Positions 57,546 through 64,000 of a stretch of DNA of 64,000 nt are shown here, piece after piece. Under the pieces are notes generated by a model. The model saw only the letters and a list, made by a program, of their open reading frames with translations, was not told the origin of the DNA and searched no databases. Both the position numbers and the translations under genes were made by a program. The stretch's first letter is position 1, and each line of letters begins with the position of its first letter. The DNA lies in IMG/VR virus record IMGVR_UViG_3300011115_000874, positions 96,799 to 160,798 of that record, one strand, 5' to 3'. Source of the stretch: a virus.

Positions 57546-58607
57546 TTATTTTCTTAAACCAGCTAATCTTTGCATACGAGCAAATGCATCGTTTACTTCG
57601 ATAATTGGTTGTTTTGTTTGAGAAGGAGCGATACTTTTTGAAGCTGATCCTAGTGATTCTTTAATTGGTGCTTTCTTAGCTACTGCTTTGAAAGATTCAG
57701 CTAATGTTTCGAATACTAATTTAACTTCTTTTACAGTTTCAGCTCTGTCAAACGTGTTTAAAACCTTTACTTTTTCTGATTCGGTAAGATTCTTAGCTTT
57801 GAAGATTTTGTTCGTGTAAAGCAACTTAGCGTTTAATAGATTAACTTCATTAAGTTCGTTTCTTAACTCACTGATAGTTTCTTCCATTTCAGTAGTGTCA
57901 GCCATTTCATCCATTGGTTTCTCTGCTTTTCTTTCTTTAAAGAATTTCCATATTGCTTTAGCGGCAGCAGTTGTGATTCCAGCAGCAGCTAATATCATAG
58001 CAGCTTTTCCAGCATCTGGGGATTCCATTGCTCTAGTTATCATGTTAGATATTCCTTCAACAGATTCTCCTACTTGTTCTTCTTTTTCTTCACCCATAAG
58101 TTCGTTTAAAAGTTCATCTAATTCAACTTCTTCTTCATCTCCAACTTCAACTTCTTCTCCGTCTAAGTCTTCAACATCTTCTAAGTCTTCTTCAGATTCT
58201 TCTTCTTCACCTTCTCCAGGCATAAGCTTACCAGTTTCGATCATGTCATCAATAACTTTCATTACTAATTCTTCAATTTCTTCATCTGACATTTCTTCAA
58301 GCATTAGATCTTCATCTATCTTGTCTGTGTCATCTTCAGAAACCATATCATCAGCTTCGTCAGTCATTTCTAACTCTGCAAGAATTTCATCTAGATTAAA
58401 AGACTCTTCTAATCCTTTATCTTCCTTGTCAGTTGTTTCATACATACCCTCTTGTTCCATTTCATCTTCCTCGTTTAGTCTTTCAGCAAACATAGCTGTA
58501 AGTTGTGGAGTGAACGCTTCTTCAAGAGCAGCTTTTGCATTCGCGATAGCAGTTTCCTTAATGGTCTTAGCCTCAGCGATTGCTTCTTTGAGCATTTCTC
58601 TGTTCAT
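57546..58607 (-). CDS. prohead scaffold / core protein (gp22-like)
   Basis: Very acidic, coiled-coil, directly upstream of the capsid gene, many (L/I)-x-E sites. Confidence 0.85.
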   Translation of the reverse strand: MNREMLKEAIAEAKTIKETAIANAKAALEEAFTPQLTAMFAERLNEEDEMEQEGMYETTDKEDKGLEESFNLDEILAELEMTDEADDMVSEDDTDKIDEDLMLEEMSDEEIEELVMKVIDDMIETGKLMPGEGEEEESEEDLEDVEDLDGEEVEVGDEEEVELDELLNELMGEEKEEQVGESVEGISNMITRAMESPDAGKAAMILAAAGITTAAAKAIWKFFKERKAEKPMDEMADTTEMEETISELRNELNEVNLLNAKLLYTNKIFKAKNLTESEKVKVLNTFDRAETVKEVKLVFETLAESFKAVAKKAPIKESLGSASKSIAPSQTKQPIIEVNDAFARMQRLAGLRK

Positions 58608-58749
58608 TTTTTGTCCTCAATTAAATTGTTTTGGAAATACGTTTATTAAGAAACGTAATAGATTTTTTATTAATAGATGCTACATATAGATTCAGGGGTA
58701 GCATATTTGAGCATACATATATATGGATTTATGTAAAGTCGCCTTTTAT

Positions 58750-58780
58750 AAAAAAGAAATGCCTCTCTTTCGAGAGGCAT
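58750..58780 (-). terminator. intrinsic terminator after the protease operon
   Basis: ATGCCTCTC-GAAA-GAGAGGCAT followed by TTCTTTTTT. Confidence 0.9.
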
Positions 58781-58808
58781 CAGTCCTAAAATACTATTTT
58801 AGGAGGAG

Positions 58809-59651
58809 TTATACTAATATAAGTTTAAACTCATCACCTTGAGATTCTATTTTATATTCATTTCCACCAATATTATATGTTTCTCCTGGTTTGAAATCTT
58901 GTCCATCCATTGAACCTTGCCCTAATGCTTCTAAATCATCTGTTATATCACTATCATCATAGTTAATAATTTGATTCATTTCAGCTCCATTATGAAAATA
59001 TTGCATACCTTCATTTAATGACTCATTAGTTCCACCAGGGAGAATTACAGCAAATTTTCCACCCCATTCTGATGCTCTTGGAATATCTGGGTTACCTGGG
59101 AATGCTGTTAATAATGAGTAACATTTTCCTTCTTCAATTTTTTTAGTTATGTCAGCGTCTGTTTTAACATCGTCTGGTAGGAATTGAGGATTTGATTTTC
59201 TAATAATTAATGATATTCTATTAGAAGCAAAACTAGATAATGGTTGTGATGTTGTGATAGAAGGAACTTTTACTTTATTAGGACCTTCTTGTTTTTCAAC
59301 TTCACCTTCTTTAGCATCTTTTAATGCTTTAGCTTTATCTATAGGTAAAACTAAATCATATCCTATACCTGGTTTGTTTAATTCATACGCTCCACCATCA
59401 CCTGATACTTTAGGGGCTACTTCTTTAACCATATTAACTATTTCATCTTCAGTAACACCAGTTTTAAATACTGAGCCCATACCTGGTTTGTTATGTTCCA
59501 TAATATGTTTTTTAGCATAATCTGATACTAAAATAACAATACTATCTTTTCCAGGTATTTGATCAGTTGCTTCAGTTAATAGTGCTCTTTTATATTCGCT
59601 TTCTGTTATTAAACCAGCTAGCTTTTGCATTTTAAGGAATTGTAGATTCAT
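58809..59651 (-). CDS. putative capsid-internal protein with possible BECR/EndoU-like nuclease domain
   Basis: Leader FLKMQKLAGLITE; central KHIMEH...SVF...LLTAFP pattern. Confidence 0.5.
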   Translation of the reverse strand: MNLQFLKMQKLAGLITESEYKRALLTEATDQIPGKDSIVILVSDYAKKHIMEHNKPGMGSVFKTGVTEDEIVNMVKEVAPKVSGDGGAYELNKPGIGYDLVLPIDKAKALKDAKEGEVEKQEGPNKVKVPSITTSQPLSSFASNRISLIIRKSNPQFLPDDVKTDADITKKIEEGKCYSLLTAFPGNPDIPRASEWGGKFAVILPGGTNESLNEGMQYFHNGAEMNQIINYDDSDITDDLEALGQGSMDGQDFKPGETYNIGGNEYKIESQGDEFKLILV

Positions 59652-59654
59652 AGT

Positions 59655-60263
59655 TTAAAATATTGGGCATGAACCATTAGCACAAAGTATCTCAGTGATA
59701 ATAGAATTTACTTTAATGTATTTGTTATATTGATTATTTTTAGATTCGTTCATCATACCTTTTTCTTTCATGTATGATCCAGGGTTAGAAGGTGTAGAGA
59801 CGAAATCCCAACATAATAGTTCGAAATCATCTTGCACTTCCATTAAATCACCCATTTGTTTTAATGAGCCCATACCACGAGATGATACACCTACTGGTAT
59901 TTTGTTTTCAAATAATGCTCTTAAGATATTACCTGATGGTGTAGGTAGTAATTCAATAGCTCCCATTACATCATCTCCGTCCCACCAAATCTTTTTAATG
60001 TTATGAGATACATTTTTTAAGTTAATGATAGATGAGTCTGGGTGATCTAGTTCACCTAATGCTCTGTTAGCATTAACATTCTCCATATACTTATCCATTT
60101 CACGCTCCCACAATTCTCTTGAGTAGTAACGACCATTACCGTTTTTAACTTCACAAGTAGCTAAGATACCCTCAACAAGTGGATTACTTGTTGGTACAGT
60201 ACCTTCAACTAATTTTAAAGGTTTAGCAGTAAAAAATTGGGTTTCTATTAATACTTGTTTCAT
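59655..60263 (-). CDS. prohead maturation protease (gp21-like)
   Basis: NGNGRYY, ALGELDHP, NVSH, GVSSRGMGS, DFVSTPS. Confidence 0.96.
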   Translation of the reverse strand: MKQVLIETQFFTAKPLKLVEGTVPTSNPLVEGILATCEVKNGNGRYYSRELWEREMDKYMENVNANRALGELDHPDSSIINLKNVSHNIKKIWWDGDDVMGAIELLPTPSGNILRALFENKIPVGVSSRGMGSLKQMGDLMEVQDDFELLCWDFVSTPSNPGSYMKEKGMMNESKNNQYNKYIKVNSIITEILCANGSCPIF

Positions 60264-60275
60264 ATTGTTTTTGGT

Positions 60276-61190
60276 TTAGCCTATACCTTCAAATTTTTGG
60301 ATTAGATGTTGTTCTAATCCATCTTTATATCGAATAAAATGTTGTGGTAAGTTAGCTAAAACATCTTCTACATTACCTAACTTATCATACATGTTTTCAA
60401 CATAATCAAGAGCATCAAATGGGATTTCTCCCGCTAACATTTCCTTAATTAAAAATTGAATTTGAGAGCGTAACACTGACTCTTTTAAATCACCGTATCC
60501 TGATGATTTGTACTTACCTTTTGGTTCTTTAGGAGTACCTAATCCGGGTGCTTCAGTTTGATAACCTACTCCTTTAATTCCAAACTGTCCGTCTTTAACA
60601 TAGTAGCTAATATCTTTAGCTAAGTTTTTAGCGACAATTGCTCTTAATTCTTCAACATGCTTATCAGCATTTTTAGGATCTTTCATTTCAGTGTAGTATC
60701 CTTTTAAAAATTCTTGACCAAATACGTTATCATAATTCTTCTCATCTTTATAATCATACCCACGAGTGGCCATGTCTGTAATTTCTTTAGATGGTTCTTT
60801 TTCTTTAGATTCAAATAATCCTCCAGGAGTTTGTCCTAAAGCTTTCATTAAATCTGCTTCTTCAACTCCAAATTTTTCAGCTACAGCTTTAGTACCCATA
60901 CTTTGATTTTTATTATAAAAATCTACAGCTTGATTAATATCACCTTCTTGAAGTTTTTCTATATTTTCATTAAAGATAGAATGCCAATCTTGTTTTTTAC
61001 CAGATGTAACTAATCCACCTACCCCTTCACTAATGATACTTCTATTTTTAAGAATAGTAATTGTATCTTCAAATGTGTTAACAGGTGATAACATGTCTGG
61101 GAATAAACGATAGGCAGATTTTAAGAAATATGCTTTGTTACCTTTACCTTCTTTAATAAGGTTATATTGTGATTGAAGTGTTTGTTCCAT
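60276..61190 (-). CDS. head-module hypothetical protein (putative core / internal protein)
   Basis: Between portal and protease; many (L/I)-x-E sites (LIKE, IISE, LQE, LFE, LKE). Confidence 0.6.
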   Translation of the reverse strand: MEQTLQSQYNLIKEGKGNKAYFLKSAYRLFPDMLSPVNTFEDTITILKNRSIISEGVGGLVTSGKKQDWHSIFNENIEKLQEGDINQAVDFYNKNQSMGTKAVAEKFGVEEADLMKALGQTPGGLFESKEKEPSKEITDMATRGYDYKDEKNYDNVFGQEFLKGYYTEMKDPKNADKHVEELRAIVAKNLAKDISYYVKDGQFGIKGVGYQTEAPGLGTPKEPKGKYKSSGYGDLKESVLRSQIQFLIKEMLAGEIPFDALDYVENMYDKLGNVEDVLANLPQHFIRYKDGLEQHLIQKFEGIG

Positions 61191-61192
61191 GT

Positions 61193-61681
61193 TTATTTTT
61201 TAAATAATTTTATCAAATTGTCTACTAACGAAACTGCTAAATCAGTACCATATACTGCTCTATATTGCGGATTTTGTTTATATGATGCTATTGTTTCTTT
61301 TTTAGCGTCTCTAATTAATGTTATAAGTTCTTTTAGTTTTCCTGATAGTAAATTAAAATCACCTAAACGTCCTGCTATATATTCTTTTAATTTTTCGTCT
61401 TCAGTTGGTAATGAAGCTATAAATGATTCAACATCAAATTCAGGTGTTGTTTCTTCTTCATATAATTTTTTTACTTCAATACCTTTAGCTGCTTTATTTA
61501 ATGCTTTTTGATTAACAGGTTTAAATCCTAACTTATAATAATAATTTTTAGCTTTACCTGCTACTGGCATAGCGTAATTTTCTCCAGTAGGGCCTGAGGT
61601 AAAAGATGCACCTGTACCTGTAGCGCTTTCTTCTTTTAAGCGTTTGACAATTAGATCTTTTATTTTATCCCTTTTACTCAT
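61193..61681 (-). CDS. head-module hypothetical protein
   Basis: 162 aa, N-terminal KIKDLIVKRLKEE. Confidence 0.6.
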   Translation of the reverse strand: MSKRDKIKDLIVKRLKEESATGTGASFTSGPTGENYAMPVAGKAKNYYYKLGFKPVNQKALNKAAKGIEVKKLYEEETTPEFDVESFIASLPTEDEKLKEYIAGRLGDFNLLSGKLKELITLIRDAKKETIASYKQNPQYRAVYGTDLAVSLVDNLIKLFKK

Positions 61682-62532
61682 TTTGCTGATTCTAATTCTT
61701 CTACTAATGAATAGTATTGTAAAAGATTAATTAAATGGTCGTCATTAACTTTTTCATTCTTAGTTAAACTAGGTAGAATGTTTATAACTTCATTTATTTT
61801 AATTTGAATAGCTTTATCAGTAACTTTTTTATTTAAAGCACCTAATGTACTTTTAATTTCATTTATCTTAGTATTGTAAAATTCTTTTAATTTTGAAGTA
61901 CTATCAATACTATTAATAAACTCTTTTAAAGTATTTTTTTGATTTTCATTTAAGTTAGCATACTTATCATTAAACTTTTCAAGTAATACTCTATATGTTA
62001 ATATACGAATATCTTTATCTTGATGTTTAAATTCTTCTAAAATACTGTTCTTAACCTCTTTTTTATCAATAGTAGATTGAGTTAAGTATTCTAAAAGTGC
62101 TGTTTTGTTCTCAATAATTTGAGTTGGATTTGATAAGTTTTCACTATTGTATACTTCTAATAAAGTAAATAATGAAGCTTGTGCTTTATAATTAGGTAAT
62201 TTCATTTTAAAGAAATCTTCTAAGTTATAATGATTTTTAATCTCTTTAATAAGATTATACTTTTGTCTCTTAAGAGTTGTACGGTTTAAATACTTTGAAC
62301 TTTCAACAAGTGTATTTAAAACCATATTTGCTTTAGCTTCACTAATGTTAGTGTATTTAAAGAAGTTTTCATATAACTTGTATTCCTTACCTAACTCAGT
62401 TTTAGTAAAGTATTTCTTAAGAATTTGAGTTGCTGGTGAATCCTTACCAGATAAGGTATCGGCTGTGATTTGTCTTACTAACAATTCAAAAAGGATTCCA
62501 GTATTTTTGTACTTCGAGTGTTTTATATTCAC
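61678..62532 (-). CDS. head-module hypothetical protein
   Basis: 284 aa helical protein directly after the portal; late motif at 62551-62558. Confidence 0.65.
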   Translation of the reverse strand: MNIKHSKYKNTGILFELLVRQITADTLSGKDSPATQILKKYFTKTELGKEYKLYENFFKYTNISEAKANMVLNTLVESSKYLNRTTLKRQKYNLIKEIKNHYNLEDFFKMKLPNYKAQASLFTLLEVYNSENLSNPTQIIENKTALLEYLTQSTIDKKEVKNSILEEFKHQDKDIRILTYRVLLEKFNDKYANLNENQKNTLKEFINSIDSTSKLKEFYNTKINEIKSTLGALNKKVTDKAIQIKINEVINILPSLTKNEKVNDDHLINLLQYYSLVEELESAK

Positions 62533-62569
62533 TTTAGCAATAATTTATCTATAAATATATATGAAGTTG

Positions 62570-64000
62570 TTATTCTCGTATTTGAGATTCATCTAATAAC
62601 GAAGAATCGTCTTTTTTAAACACAAGTTTTTTATCCATTGATTCAAGTAATGTTCTATTTTGAAGAGTTTCTAATGCTAATGGTGAACCACCTTTAAAAT
62701 TATTTCTTAATGATTTATCTTCACCAGTATCATCACCTTTCTTCATACCTTTGCTACCTAATCTATCAACACCTAGGTAATTATCTTGAGTACCAATAGT
62801 AGATGCTTTTTCTTTAGGGCGACCTAAATCAAGATCATCACCATACCCATCAGGTATTCCACTACCATAACGACCTGAGCCATATAATGCTGCTAAATCA
62901 TGAGGTGTACCATATGATTTACCTGATTCTAATGGATCATTGCCTTCGTTTTCAATTTGTTTTAGTCTAAAGATACGTTTTTGATCTTCAGCAATTAAAT
63001 CACGATATTCATCAAATTGATCTTGGCTTAAGTGGAATACATTATCGTAAATCCAATCAGTAGGTAATATTTTTGTTTCCATAATACTACGAGCTAAATC
63101 CACTTTTTCTTTCATTAACGCTATTCTTTCTTGATCATAAATGATAGAAGGAGTAGTTAAGTCTAATTCAAAATTAGTTAAGCCTTCGTTTCTATATCCT
63201 TGAGTATATAAGTGAACTAATGCTATTTTGTTTAATTCAGACAATATAATACGTTGGATACGATCAATTGTACGAGCAAAACGAATATCTTCTGCTGCTA
63301 ATGTTGCTTTACCAGTTAAGTCTTTTTCATAACCCATAAATGCTTTAGGTACTTTTAAGGCAGCGAATAACTTATCTCTTAAGTATGCTACGTCTTCAAT
63401 ACCGTTATAATCCATACCTTTAGTAGGTTCAATCTTAGTAGATGAATCATTACCTCTTACTGGTATATAAAAATCTTCCAACATATTTTGTTGGTTATAT
63501 TTTAAATTATACTCACCAGTATTAGGATCAACTAATGGAGTTTTTTTCATTGTGTTGATAGTCTTCTGCATAAAGTTTTCTACTTCATTAGGAGGAATAG
63601 AACCAACATTAATATAGAAAATACGTTTTTCTGGAGCACGACAAATACGATGAATTAACATTGCATCTTCCATCAAAACGTATTGTTTAAATAACTTACG
63701 TGCTGGTTCTAGATAAGAACGACCATAAGGTAAGTAGTTTACATCAGTAATTAATCTGAAGTGAGCCATTTCATAATTATCAAAATAAACTTTATTATCT
63801 TGTTTATTATCTGAATAGTTACCTTGACCTGTTACTCCATAATATCCTGTTCCTCCTGAATATCCATCTGCAATAAATGCAAATCTTACTTCAGCTGGGT
63901 TTTTAGAGTCGTATCCTTCTTCACGGGCAATATGATAAGCAGTATAAGGTATAACATTATATACACCAAATTTTTCCGCTATTTCTAATTTTAAGAAAAA
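62570..64000 (-). CDS. portal protein (gp20-like), 5' end outside the window
   Basis: MEDAMLIHRI.RAPEKRIFYI.VG, EDFYIPVRG, LFAALKVP; the frame stays open from 63769 to 64000 (FFLKLEIAEKFG...). Confidence 0.95.
   Translation of the reverse strand, partial: FFLKLEIAEKFGVYNVIPYTAYHIAREEGYDSKNPAEVRFAFIADGYSGGTGYYGVTGQGNYSDNKQDNKVYFDNYEMAHFRLITDVNYLPYGRSYLEPARKLFKQYVLMEDAMLIHRICRAPEKRIFYINVGSIPPNEVENFMQKTINTMKKTPLVDPNTGEYNLKYNQQNMLEDFYIPVRGNDSSTKIEPTKGMDYNGIEDVAYLRDKLFAALKVPKAFMGYEKDLTGKATLAAEDIRFARTIDRIQRIILSELNKIALVHLYTQGYRNEGLTNFELDLTTPSIIYDQERIALMKEKVDLARSIMETKILPTDWIYDNVFHLSQDQFDEYRDLIAEDQKRIFRLKQIENEGNDPLESGKSYGTPHDLAALYGSGRYGSGIPDGYGDDLDLGRPKEKASTIGTQDNYLGVDRLGSKGMKKGDDTGEDKSLRNNFKGGSPLALETLQNRTLLESMDKKLVFKKDDSSLLDESQIRE

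Noticed and set aside
57895-58689. 264-aa Ser-rich plus-strand ORF and the other plus-strand ORFs
   Set aside because: Antisense shadows of minus-strand genes (GAA/GAT codons read as Ser/Ile/Phe); no motifs or expression signals.
1-64000. Stop-codon reassignment, as seen in some Bacteroidota phages
   Set aside because: Core genes are full length and densely packed under the standard code, and TAA, TAG and TGA all end genes.

Overview
A 64-kb, AT-rich segment of a large T4-like (contractile-tailed) phage genome. Every credible gene is on the minus strand. Reading in transcription order (64000 to 1): head module (portal, prohead protease, scaffold, major capsid), PhoH, fibre and LamG proteins, neck, sheath, tube, a frameshifted tail-chaperone pair, tape measure, baseplate. 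From about 27.4 kb down there is a replication and metabolism block: PolA-like protein, SSB, RecA/UvsX, 5' nuclease, helicase, NrdAB, a 7-deazaguanine cluster (TGT/DpdA-like, queC, queD, queE, folE, plus hpt and a MazG-like pyrophosphatase), PolB, clamp, GroES/EL and clamp loader. There are three free-standing endonuclease genes. A Bacteroidota host is inferred from -33/-7 type promoters, the lack of Shine-Dalgarno sites and Flavobacteria-type fibre modules. Most notable: (1) insulated late-promoter cassettes encoding variable cargo proteins with shared N-terminal leaders, one copying the scaffold C-terminal helix, which suggests a capsid-addressing and protease-release system; (2) an [ST]-[GAS]-S motif confined to surface-exposed parts of virion proteins, a candidate modification sequon; (3) atypical deazaguanine enzymes; (4) a PolA-like protein lacking the steric-gate Glu. 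All calls come from reading motifs by eye; no database search was run.
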